Shown piece after piece: positions 1-7,864 of a stretch of DNA of 33,080 nt. The position numbers and the translations under genes are program-made. Source of the DNA: an uncultured virus (IMG/VR IMGVR_UViG_3300005470_000001) (Duplodnaviria > Heunggongvirae > Uroviricota > Caudoviricetes); IMG/VR virus record IMGVR_UViG_3300005470_000001; one strand, 5' to 3'. The notes below the pieces were generated by a model. The model searched no databases and was not told the origin of the DNA. It saw only the letters and a list, made by a program, of their open reading frames with translations. The stretch's first letter is position 1. Each line of letters opens with the position of its first letter.

Positions 1-152
1 TCCTCAAAGGCATCAACGACCTCAGCCTCAAGCTCTGCAATGCGATTCTGAACCTCAAACGCGTCAATGTATGGCAACGCTGGAGCCCCTTGCTCCGAGT
101 CATACACATCCGCTGTGCCATTATTATACTGTACTACCCATATCGTTTTCAT
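1..152 (-). CDS. 5' part of a hypothetical protein (copy of 8147-8506), truncated by the window edge
   Basis: Identical to 8355-8506; AGGAGG RBS precedes the ATG at 152. Confidence 0.7.
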   Translation of the reverse strand, partial: MKTIWVVQYNNGTADVYDSEQGAPALPYIDAFEVQNRIAELEAEVVDAFE

Positions 153-814
153 TTCTCCTCCTTGTTGAATTTAAAATCTCGCACAGGACGAGCCTTGTAG
201 CTGTTGATCTTGTAGTTGAAGTACTGGTGGCCAGTGTAGAAATACTGGTTCCACGCGAAGTCAGCATTGTATTCCGACGAACTCCAGTAGACATAGGCTC
301 CAAAACCGCCAATAGCTACGCGATTTTTGTACATCTGATTCAGTTCATCCTTGGTCGGCAACCTCCAGCCTTCGCCAAGCGCTTCGACCACCTTAACTGC
401 CTCATCCCATGTGTAAATTCCACCAAGGTCTTGTGGATAGACCTCGAACTCAAGTTCTTGATACAGTGTTGTCGTCATTTCTCCTCCTTGTTCCTCCTTG
501 TTTGGTTTTAAATCTCGCACAGGACGAACCCTGTTATAGATGCTTTTGTAGGCGTTGCCATGGCCGCCAGTGTAGAAACACTTGAGCCACGCAATCTCCT
601 CGTCGTACTCCGACGAACTCCAGTAGTAGTAGGCTCCAAAACCGCCAATTTCTTCTTGCTCCAAATACATCAGCTCCAGCTCTTTTTTTGTTGGTAGTCG
701 CCATCCGTCGCCAAGTGCTTCGACAACCTTAACTGCTTCATCCCATATGTAAAATCCTTCGAGATCTTGTGGGTAAACCTCGAACCCAAGTTCTTGATGT
801 AGTGCTGTCGTCAT
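149..814 (-). CDS. Tandem two-domain DUF1566/C-type-lectin-fold protein, probable DGR target
   Basis: Two copies of W.EA...GWRLPT..EL...YWSSSE...AW...R.RPVR. Start moved from 862 to ATG 814, which follows AACAAGGAGGAGAA. Confidence 0.85.
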   Translation of the reverse strand: MTTALHQELGFEVYPQDLEGFYIWDEAVKVVEALGDGWRLPTKKELELMYLEQEEIGGFGAYYYWSSSEYDEEIAWLKCFYTGGHGNAYKSIYNRVRPVRDLKPNKEEQGGEMTTTLYQELEFEVYPQDLGGIYTWDEAVKVVEALGEGWRLPTKDELNQMYKNRVAIGGFGAYVYWSSSEYNADFAWNQYFYTGHQYFNYKINSYKARPVRDFKFNKEEK

Positions 815-830
815 TTCTCCTCCTTGTTTA

Positions 831-1061
831 TTACGAAAGGTTAAATGCTTCAATCTCTGCACTTGTTAGTTTTTCTAACGCAGACTCACGAAGTTTTATA
901 CGTTTAATCTCTTTTTTTATATAAGGAGATATATTTGTTTTCGTGTTATATTGCTTTCCATAAGCATCAACACCCCAACCACATTCATCGCAGTGCCAAT
1001 CATTGTGTCCTTCCATTATGTAAGACCCACAATTCTTACAAACAATTACATCGTGTCCCAT
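831..1061 (-). CDS. Small Zn-ribbon protein
   Basis: CKNC...CDEC motif; gene packing. Confidence 0.7.
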   Translation of the reverse strand: MGHDVIVCKNCGSYIMEGHNDWHCDECGWGVDAYGKQYNTKTNISPYIKKEIKRIKLRESALEKLTSAEIEAFNLS

Positions 1062-1062
1062 C

Positions 1063-1326
1063 TTAAACCTCCTCCCAATTTAGTTTAGCCCCACACTGAG
1101 GGCAAAAAGTCCATTCTTCGGATAGTCCCCTATATTCGCATTCCGAACAGTCCCAGTCTTTACGCCCTGATCCGTTATACACCGGTCTTATATATATTTT
1201 TTGCGGGTATTCTTCTGCGCGTTTCCTCCAGTAGCACACATCGCATAGGTCAAGGTCAACGCCCTTCTGTCTGCCATGTAGGCGTGGGTTGATGGCGTAT
1301 GATCCGCAATTTTTGCAGTTTATCAT
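1063..1326 (-). CDS. Double Zn-finger phage protein
   Basis: CKNC/CDVC and CSEC/CPQC motifs. Confidence 0.75.
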   Translation of the reverse strand: MINCKNCGSYAINPRLHGRQKGVDLDLCDVCYWRKRAEEYPQKIYIRPVYNGSGRKDWDCSECEYRGLSEEWTFCPQCGAKLNWEEV

Positions 1327-1631
1327 TTTTCCTTTTTGTTTAGCATTGCGTTTATAATTTGGGTAACTGGTGACTCAGTTGTCGCATATACTGCTATGTC
1401 TTCAAGCGCGCCTTCAAGCTCGGCTATGCGCTGAACTGCCTGTGTATACTTAGCACTCAGCTCAAAGTATCGGGTATGTGCAGTCTTGCTTGCTTCAGTA
1501 TGCAGCTCAGCAGTCCTCATACTCCTGTCCAGTTGCTCCTCAAGCTCAGTGATGCGCTCTCTCAAGATGTCTTCAACTCCTCTACTCTGTTGCATCTCTT
1601 CGATTTGTGACTCATTCATGTTTATCTTCAT
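1323..1631 (-). CDS. Hypothetical coiled-coil protein
   Basis: RITELE/RIAELE heptads; ATGA overlap with the next gene. Confidence 0.7.
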   Translation of the reverse strand: MKINMNESQIEEMQQSRGVEDILRERITELEEQLDRSMRTAELHTEASKTAHTRYFELSAKYTQAVQRIAELEGALEDIAVYATTESPVTQIINAMLNKKEK

Positions 1632-1756
1632 CTATATAACAATTATGAAATTCTCTATCCCAAATTTCTTCTTTCCAATACTTAACACTATTAAAAACAA
1701 TATCAACAAGCATTTTTATTTTGCTAATAAATTCTGTCATTTTTATTTTCATAATT

Positions 1757-2275
1757 TTATCTAATAATTAATGATTTTTTTGGTGTAATTTTAATACAAT
1801 CAGGGATTGTTTCAAGAACACCATCTTTAAAATCTTTTTTGATTATAGAAATATGTGGTTTAAATTCTTTAGTTGCATAACCACTTGATAAAAGTGAATT
1901 TTTATTTTCTTCAGTAATATCTTCTTTTAATTCCCAAGATTCAGTATTACGAATATTATAATTTCCTAAATCAGTTTTTAATTTACTTTCTCCACTTAAT
2001 TCCATTAATTGCAACATTTTATTACGTGCAAATTCAATTCGTGATTCACAGCTTAATTTGCGTGCTTTTAAACGATTTTCTTCTTCTTCATACATATTGT
2101 ATTGTGAACGATTATAATTAATCCATCCACGATAACGATCAAGTGAATCTTTTAAATCACCATTGAAATTATCTAAAAGAGCTTGAATTTCAGGAGTAAT
2201 TTCACCTTCACTTTCTATTAAAGAATTATCAATGATTTGATAAAGATTTAATAAATCTATAAATGAATTGTTCAT
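1757..2275 (-). CDS. Siphovirus Gp157-like protein
   Basis: LYQI...GEITPE N-terminus, E.RLKARK coiled coil, KLKTD.G C-terminal part, 172 aa. Confidence 0.75.
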   Translation of the reverse strand: MNNSFIDLLNLYQIIDNSLIESEGEITPEIQALLDNFNGDLKDSLDRYRGWINYNRSQYNMYEEEENRLKARKLSCESRIEFARNKMLQLMELSGESKLKTDLGNYNIRNTESWELKEDITEENKNSLLSSGYATKEFKPHISIIKKDFKDGVLETIPDCIKITPKKSLIIR

Positions 2276-2278
2276 ATT

Positions 2279-2686
2279 TTAAAAGTTAATTTTTTGTCCA
2301 TTAACAAAAACCTGTTCAGACATTTTTTTATCTACAACTGGTCCATTTAATGTTACATGTTTTGAATTACATCTAATCCTTGTATTATTTTTAGGATTTT
2401 TTATAATTAAATCTTGATTACATTCATATTTAGAGTTTTTGTAATGAGATTTAAAATGATTTGTTTGATTTATATTTTCTACTAAAAATATTCTTCTGAG
2501 AACTTCATTTCCACATTTTTTATTATCATGAAAATATGTAGAACTACTTGTATCTACAATAAAAACTTCATCATTAATGTTAATTATACAAGAATTGTTT
2601 GTTAACCAACTCAATGTATCTGTAATAATTTTCATTATTTTAGGATCTCTTATTGCAGCTTCATAAAAAGTATCATTTGTTGGCAT
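2279..2686 (-). CDS. Hypothetical protein
   Basis: 135-aa ORF in an operon-like arrangement. Confidence 0.65.
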   Translation of the reverse strand: MPTNDTFYEAAIRDPKIMKIITDTLSWLTNNSCIININDEVFIVDTSSSTYFHDNKKCGNEVLRRIFLVENINQTNHFKSHYKNSKYECNQDLIIKNPKNNTRIRCNSKHVTLNGPVVDKKMSEQVFVNGQKINF

Positions 2687-2719
2687 TATTATATTATTTT
2701 ATTAATAAAATTAATTGTG

Positions 2720-2792
2720 CTGGCAAGACAGGATTCGAACCTGTAACCGAGCGGTTAACAGCCGCTAGCTCTACCAATTGAGCTACTCGCCA
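2720..2792 (-). tRNA. trnN: tRNA-Asn(GTT)
   Basis: Acceptor TGGCGAG/CTTGCCA, anticodon arm AGCGG-CTGTTAA-CCGCT, T loop TTCGAAT. Confidence 0.95.
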
Positions 2793-2798
2793 GTTTAT

Positions 2799-2933
2799 TT
2801 ATTTATATGATTTACCACATACAGTACAAGTACAACCTTCGCTTTTTAATTTACTATTCATCCAACGTTTAAATTTACCAAGAAGTTTGTCTTGAAAAGC
2901 ATGTTCACATGTACATGTTCTAATTACCATCAT
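2799..2933 (-). CDS. 44-aa Cys-rich protein (MMVIRTCTCEH...CTCTVCGKSYK)
   Basis: Hand translation; below the ORF-track cutoff; CxC..H and CxxC motifs. Confidence 0.55.
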   Translation of the reverse strand: MMVIRTCTCEHAFQDKLLGKFKRWMNSKLKSEGCTCTVCGKSYK

Positions 2934-2949
2934 GATTATTTAATTTATT

Positions 2950-3081
2950 TTAGTTATGATAATCTTCACCTGCATACAAGTTGTCAAAATCAACTATTTC
3001 CACATGAACATCATTAGGGCATTCTACTACTTCAGCAACCCCTCCTGCAACATGGATAACAACAATTTTTTCTTCTTTCAT
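2950..3081 (-). CDS. 43-aa protein (MKEEKIVVIHVAGGVAEVVECPNDVHVEIVDFDN...)
   Basis: Hand translation; the second copy differs by conservative N-terminal substitutions and keeps the frame. Confidence 0.65.
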   Translation of the reverse strand: MKEEKIVVIHVAGGVAEVVECPNDVHVEIVDFDNLYAGEDYHN

Positions 3082-3123
3082 TATTAATTATTTTAGTTAT
3101 GATTTATACAAATTTATAATGAA

Positions 3124-3453
3124 TTATTTTTCATATTTCTTTCTGAGTCTCTCATACTCTTTCTTTTCTGATTCTTCTCTTTTGACTTTCAATTGAGCTT
3201 TCTTTTCCTTTGCCTTTACTTCGTTCTTCAATCGTCTTTCATATTCTTTATCAGTCTCAAAACGGTATGAAATCAAATAAAATTTAAAGTCATCATTATC
3301 CCATGTTACTACTCTAAATTTATGAAGTTCACCCGTAATTTTATTTGATAGGTTGACCAATTCATCTATTGCTTCTTCAATGGTTTTTTCATCAAAGATA
3401 TCGTCAAGATAGACGTGAATTCTTTTATCTTCAACTAATTGTTTCTGTTCCAT
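3124..3453 (-). CDS. Hypothetical protein with C-terminal coiled coil
   Basis: Start moved to MEQKQLVE (3453) to avoid overlap with the upstream gene; RFETDKEYERRL...ERLRKKYE tail. Confidence 0.7.
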   Translation of the reverse strand: MEQKQLVEDKRIHVYLDDIFDEKTIEEAIDELVNLSNKITGELHKFRVVTWDNDDFKFYLISYRFETDKEYERRLKNEVKAKEKKAQLKVKREESEKKEYERLRKKYEK

Positions 3454-3457
3454 ATTA

Positions 3458-3940
3458 TTAATTAATTTTAATTGAACCATCATCATTCCATTCATAACCT
3501 GAAATGTCGTACTTCTCTTCAAGAATGTTTTTAGAATAGCCACAAATGCTCATAGTATTCAAATTGATGAAGTTAGCTATCAATTCTCCGCTATCAACAT
3601 CAACAGCACCCAAAACTAAATTCCCGAAGACACTCGTCCTAACTTCAAACTTCCATTTCTTCAGTGGTGGTTCAACTTCTTTTAGATAAGTACAAACCTT
3701 ACCATCTGTTACTTCAGTAACAAGCTCTACTTCTTGATTTGTATAAGCACCAAAACTGCCTTTATGAACGCCGTAGATATACTTCTTACCATCTTCTTTC
3801 TCATAGGCGGTTATAATATCAATATTAGAAGGAAAATATCTATTTCTACCAACTTTCCTTTCATACCCAAGCGAGAACAGATGGTCTTGAACCTTTCGTG
3901 AATGGTCTTCGCTGTGGATTTTAATCTTAATATCTTTCAT
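3458..3940 (-). CDS. Hypothetical protein, paralogue of 11438-11923
   Basis: Shared KVQDHLFSLGYE and C-terminal YDISGYEWNDDGSIKIN. Confidence 0.8.
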   Translation of the reverse strand: MKDIKIKIHSEDHSRKVQDHLFSLGYERKVGRNRYFPSNIDIITAYEKEDGKKYIYGVHKGSFGAYTNQEVELVTEVTDGKVCTYLKEVEPPLKKWKFEVRTSVFGNLVLGAVDVDSGELIANFINLNTMSICGYSKNILEEKYDISGYEWNDDGSIKIN

Positions 3941-4038
3941 TTTCTTTTAATTTAGTTTACGATACATTCAAAATTTATAATAACATTTTGTAGGGCTGGG
4001 GGGACTCGAACCCCCACGGATTTCTCCAGTGGATTTTA

Positions 4039-4828
4039 CTTACCACTATAGCAGTTAGCTACCAGACTTTCTTGTCTATTTACAATCTATTCGTCTGTTT
4101 GTGGTCTGGACTATATCTTTACCATATCATTTCTGATTTAGGTATGCAGTACATAGTCTCTGAACCTTCCTCATGCAAAAATATAAACGACATTTTTGTT
4201 TAGAGGCTCGGATGCTGATTGACCAATATCAGTTATTTTTATAACATTTGAGTTCGTCATTTCTAACCACTCTTTAGTTAACTGATCTCTAAGGCTATCC
4301 CAGCAATTCTCTGCATTACTACTATACAGTTTCCTATATAGCGACCATTGTTGTTGAAGAAAACGATGTAAAGCATTGTGTTTGTTTACTGACATTATCA
4401 TAAAGTTAGATAATATATTGTGTTCAGGATTTTCATCAATATGATGAATAAAGATATCTTTTGATAACAAGAATCCTAAATCAATAATTGCTTGTCTACC
4501 TAAAGTATTACCTTTAGTACTCCTACTTACTTTATTATAATTTTCAGTATTCTTTTTTCTACATTTTAAATGAGTTAATTGGTTTGGTCTATTCATAATC
4601 ATTGATTCACCACATAATGAACAAACTCCTATACCATAACGTTTTTTAGTATTCTTGTTATAGTATTTTTTAACTCGTTCTCTATTATAGATTTTAGCAC
4701 ACTCTTTACATCTTTTTCTTTCAACTACTTCTTCTTTGCCACAATCAATACACATTTTCATATTTAGATAAGTTTAAGTTAAAAACTAAATATACAAAAA
4801 TGGTAGACAATAACAAAAGAAAAGTTTT
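4039..4828 (-). mobile_element. Group I self-splicing intron (790 nt) with HNH ORF
   Basis: 5' exon ends in U and intron ends in G. P AATTGCTGGGA (4308-4298), Q AATCAGCA (4220-4213), R TCAGAGACTA (4163-4154), S AAGATATAGTCC (4119-4108). P3 ATGCAG/CTGCAT; P2 hairpin with GAAA loop. Confidence 0.92.
4171..4761 (-). CDS. Intron-encoded HNH homing endonuclease
   Basis: HHIDENPEHNILSNF...HNALH HNH motif; N-terminal CxxC Zn motifs. Confidence 0.85.
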   Translation of the reverse strand: MKMCIDCGKEEVVERKRCKECAKIYNRERVKKYYNKNTKKRYGIGVCSLCGESMIMNRPNQLTHLKCRKKNTENYNKVSRSTKGNTLGRQAIIDLGFLLSKDIFIHHIDENPEHNILSNFMIMSVNKHNALHRFLQQQWSLYRKLYSSNAENCWDSLRDQLTKEWLEMTNSNVIKITDIGQSASEPLNKNVVYIFA

Positions 4829-4873
4829 AGTCCACAGCGTCTACCAGTTCCGCCACAACCCCATTAATATTTG

Positions 4874-5001
4874 TTCTTCAGGGTGGATTCGAACCACCAA
4901 GACTCAGTTTATCTCAACTGCCACATTGTCTAATTGTCTCATCTAAGTCTTTTATGTGGTAAATGAATAAGACAATGCTCTACCATTTGAGCTACTGAAG
5001 A
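4874..5001 (-). ncRNA. tRNA-like RNA with expanded, non-canonical anticodon region
   Basis: Perfect acceptor TCTTCAG/CTGAAGA, D arm GCTC-AAATGGTA-GAGC, T arm GGTGG-TTCGAAT-CCACC; about 50 extra nt in the middle. Confidence 0.75.
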
Positions 5002-5040
5002 ACCAAATTATATATAAGACCACCATATATATATAATAAG

Positions 5041-5114
5041 TAGGCCCTGTAGGATTTGAACCTACGACCCAGCGATTATGAGTCGCTTGCTCTAACCAAC
5101 TGAGCTAAGGGCCT
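5041..5114 (-). tRNA. tRNA with CAT anticodon, probably Ile2 (lysidine type)
   Basis: Acceptor AGGCCCT/AGGGCCT; arm AGCGA-CTCATAA-TCGCT resembles bacterial tRNA-Ile2. Confidence 0.9.
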
Positions 5115-5414
5115 TTATCTAAAGGTATCTCTACTCAAGAGAGATTTATTACAAACACCGCGTGTTAAACTTTAGTTACAAAATTTTGTTTCTAATCTAT
5201 ATTTAAAGTGAGAGTAACAATGACCATAATTAACATGTTTTTTTATTTTAAATACATTGTAAATATCTTTAAATAATACAGTAATGTTTTTCATTGTAAT
5301 ATACCTTGTTTATAGAATTAAAATTTTCAAAGAACAATTAAGTGGTATCCCTGGTCCCTGAGCCAGTGATGGTAATATTTCAACCCCAGTTGTTTTAACA
5401 CCAGATACCACAAG

Positions 5415-5488
5415 AGCTTCCTGAGGGACTCGAACCCCCAACATCCTCATTACAAGTGAGGTGCTCTACCAATTAAAGCTAAGGAAGC
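5415..5488 (-). tRNA. trnT: tRNA-Thr(TGT)
   Basis: Acceptor GCTTCCT/AGGAAGC; CCTCA-CTTGTAA-TGAGG. Confidence 0.93.
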
Positions 5489-5595
5489 AAAAATGTAGTA
5501 TATAAAATCATTTACATACTACATTAATAATAAATAATTTAAACTTATGGCGAATATTATTGAAGTATTATCAATTCCAGCTCGAAGTTTTAAAA

Positions 5596-5862
5596 TTATT
5601 TCACAACAAAATCTAAATCTTCAACTTTAAAACATTTAAAACGATTACTGTTTTTTTCAACATGGGTTTGTTCTTCGTCTTCAAAATGTGTATTTTTAAA
5701 ATCAAAAGGAGTAAAATTTAATGTATGATCTACAAAATACAAATCTAGAAAATAATTAGTATCATTTTCAACAAAATCTGTATTATCTCTTTTTATAGCA
5801 ATTACATATTTATCTTTCAATCTAACTAATGCTGTTGCATTATAAGTGGTTATATCTGACAT
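5596..5862 (-). CDS. Hypothetical protein
   Basis: 88-aa ORF immediately downstream of the phosphoesterase. Confidence 0.6.
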   Translation of the reverse strand: MSDITTYNATALVRLKDKYVIAIKRDNTDFVENDTNYFLDLYFVDHTLNFTPFDFKNTHFEDEEQTHVEKNSNRFKCFKVEDLDFVVK

Positions 5863-5869
5863 TTTATTT

Positions 5870-6379
5870 TTATTTTTTTAAATTATTAATAACAATATCT
5901 AATAAAACAGGTGTATAATTGATACATTCTACACTAACATTAAAATGATGTTTTCCCATATTTAATTCAGGATGAACTTCTGCTGTATTATGCATATGAC
6001 CATGTATATTATAAAAAGAAGTATTATTTAAATTTTGTATAGGTTCATGAGATAAAATAACATCATTTATTATAATAGGATATTTATAATACATGTAAAA
6101 TAAATCAATATAATATTGATCTTTTTCATTATCATGATTACCTTTTATTAATATAATTCTACCATTTAATGCATTTATAATTGAAGTAACATGCTCTTTA
6201 TTAATAGACATAGCTATATCACCTAAATGATATACAATATCATTTTTTTTGACAACAGAATTCCAATTATTAATTAATTCTTTTGTCATAATATCTACAT
6301 TTTCAAAAGGTCTATTACAATATTTAATTATATTATTATGTCCAAAATGTGTATCACTTATAATATATGTTTTATTCAT
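5870..6379 (-). CDS. Calcineurin-like metallophosphoesterase
   Basis: SDTHFGH, HLGD, GNHD, SH and HGHMH motifs. Confidence 0.92.
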   Translation of the reverse strand: MNKTYIISDTHFGHNNIIKYCNRPFENVDIMTKELINNWNSVVKKNDIVYHLGDIAMSINKEHVTSIINALNGRIILIKGNHDNEKDQYYIDLFYMYYKYPIIINDVILSHEPIQNLNNTSFYNIHGHMHNTAEVHPELNMGKHHFNVSVECINYTPVLLDIVINNLKK

Positions 6380-6406
6380 GTATAAAATTGTATTTTAAAT
6401 TTATAG

Positions 6407-6478
6407 CTGGGGAAGTAGGATTCGAACCTACGAGTGTCAGCTCCAAAGGCCGATGCCTTACCACTTGGCTATTCCCCA
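6407..6478 (-). tRNA. trnQ: tRNA-Gln(TTG)
   Basis: Acceptor TGGGGAA/TTCCCCA; TCGGC-CTTTGGA-GCTGA. Confidence 0.92.
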
Positions 6479-6491
6479 AGTTGTATATACT

Positions 6492-6668
6492 TTAATCCCC
6501 ATCTCCAGCTATTGAATCTAAATGACAAGTACAGTATTTTATAGTACTCATTTTATACTCAATATACTTCAAAATATCTTTTCTGAGTTCATCAATAGTT
6601 TCATTGTGACTTTGTTCACAAGGACAATTAAACCATTTTGCTTTATTAAAAATTTCTTCTAAATTCAT
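6492..6668 (-). CDS. 58-aa hypothetical protein (MNLEEIFNKAKWFNCPCE...)
   Basis: Hand translation; fills the gap before tRNA-Gln; GGAG upstream. Confidence 0.45.
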   Translation of the reverse strand: MNLEEIFNKAKWFNCPCEQSHNETIDELRKDILKYIEYKMSTIKYCTCHLDSIAGDGD

Positions 6669-7290
6669 TTTTTCTCCTTGTTTTTATAGGAACATATTTT
6701 CTTTGAAATACACCAAAACATACATTAAAAGAACCATCATCACATTTTTCAACATATGCTTTAGGTGAACGTTCATTTTTTATAGCATATTGAAATGCTT
6801 GATATTCAAGATCAACAATTCTTTTTTCCAAAGCCATGATAAGTAAATCTTTACCATTACTTGCATCCTTACAGCATTCAAGTTGTAGTTCTATATCTGC
6901 AATCCTATCATACAACTTTTTATTCGCCTCATAATCTTCAACTTCTTCACGCCATGTTGATGGTTTATCGGATACCACTTTGTCTATAGGCTCTTTGAGT
7001 GGTTTCAAGTTTCGCACAGGACGAACCCTGAAGTTGAAGTCCTTGTTGTAGCTGCTCTGGTTGCCATTGGAGAAGTACTGGTTCCACGCGTTGTCAGCAT
7101 CGTACTCCGACGAACTCCAGTAGTAGTAGGCTCCAAAACCACCAATATTTTCTTGCTCAAGGTACATCTGATTTAGCTCATCTTTTGTCGGCAACCGCCA
7201 ACCATCACCAAGTGCTTCGACAACTTTAATAGCTTTGTCCCACGAGTAAGAGCCATCGAGGTCTTTGTGGTAGATCTCAATATTTAACAT
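6646..7290 (-). CDS. DUF1566/CLec-fold domain fused to a coiled-coil extension, probable DGR target
   Basis: GWRLPTKDEL...YWSSSE...AWNQYF...RVRPVR; GAGGAGG RBS. Confidence 0.82.
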   Translation of the reverse strand: MLNIEIYHKDLDGSYSWDKAIKVVEALGDGWRLPTKDELNQMYLEQENIGGFGAYYYWSSSEYDADNAWNQYFSNGNQSSYNKDFNFRVRPVRNLKPLKEPIDKVVSDKPSTWREEVEDYEANKKLYDRIADIELQLECCKDASNGKDLLIMALEKRIVDLEYQAFQYAIKNERSPKAYVEKCDDGSFNVCFGVFQRKYVPIKTRRKNEFRRNF

Positions 7291-7427
7291 TCTTCCTCCT
7301 CTTTATAATATGCAGGTATGTGATTTTCATAAACAATAGCCGAACCACTTTCCAAATATCCACTGATTTCGTAATGTTTTGTTCCGCTTGAGAACATTAT
7401 CTTCAGTGTGTTCCAGATCTTTTTCAT
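7284..7427 (-). CDS. 47-aa protein, paralogue of 15124-15267
   Basis: MKKIWNTLKIMFSSGTKHYEISGYLESGSAIVYENHIPAYY...; conserved at the protein level with many third-position changes. Confidence 0.75.
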   Translation of the reverse strand: MKKIWNTLKIMFSSGTKHYEISGYLESGSAIVYENHIPAYYKEEEEC

Positions 7428-7439
7428 TTTTTTCTTTCT

Positions 7440-7679
7440 TTATTTTTTGATTTCAAGATCACTAATTGTGTCACCATACACTGTGATGGTGTGAGTATGT
7501 ATATGTCCATATTGATCTTTACAACGCACCTTGATGTGACGTGAATGTACGATACTGTTAAATCCTTCTAGATCACGTACTTCATCAACGGTGATTTCGG
7601 TGACATTATGAATGTCCATTGATGATACTGTCATTATTGTCTTTATTAATTTAGTTATCTCCGTTTTCATATGCGCCAA
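7440..7679 (-). CDS. Hypothetical protein (start probably internal)
   Basis: ORF packing. Confidence 0.55.
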   Translation of the reverse strand: MAHMKTEITKLIKTIMTVSSMDIHNVTEITVDEVRDLEGFNSIVHSRHIKVRCKDQYGHIHTHTITVYGDTISDLEIKK

Positions 7680-7845
7680 CTAACCAAGGTAGTCCTGCAA
7701 ATATAAGCATTACAAGACCACCAAGCAATGCACCTTCTAATGTTGAACTTTTGTCAAAACCAAGTGCTAATCCACCAAGTACACATAAGATAAGTACTCC
7801 AGTTCCTGGATGATCTTTAGCTCCTCTAATGATTCGCTTAATCAT
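7651..7845 (-). CDS. Small membrane protein (2 TM)
   Basis: Two hydrophobic segments; AGGAGG RBS. Confidence 0.7.
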   Translation of the reverse strand: MIKRIIRGAKDHPGTGVLILCVLGGLALGFDKSSTLEGALLGGLVMLIFAGLPWLVGAYENGDN

Positions 7846-7864
7846 ATATTGTCCTCCTAATATA

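Larger units (their letters stand above)
1..3047. repeat. Long direct repeat, copy 1 (runs off the left edge of the window); period 8354 bp
   Basis: tcctcaaagg at 1 recurs at 8355. All ORF translations are identical at an offset of +8354. First mismatch seen at 3048 (c) vs 11402 (t). Confidence 0.97.
3991..4862 (-). tRNA. trnL: tRNA-Leu(TAA), intron-split (5' exon 4862-4829, 3' exon 4038-3991)
   Basis: Joined exons give acceptor GGGGTTG/CAGCCCT-A, D arm GCGGAACTGGTAGACGC, anticodon arm GTGGA-CTTAAAA-TCCAC, long variable arm and T arm GGGGG-TTCGAGT-CCCCC. Confidence 0.92.

Noticed and set aside
71..511. Plus-strand ORFs 71-511 and 8425-8865, and alternative-frame ORF 124-312, over the CLec genes
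   Set aside because: Shadow frames of the GC-richer NNC-biased gene. The antisense text resembles spurious ORFs typical of DGR repeats, and neither frame is an AAC-rich template.
7012..7131. Third CLec block as the DGR template repeat
   Set aside because: It has non-A bases (TTC, TAC, AGC, TCC) where the other copies have A, and it lies in a full coding domain, so it is a VR-like product
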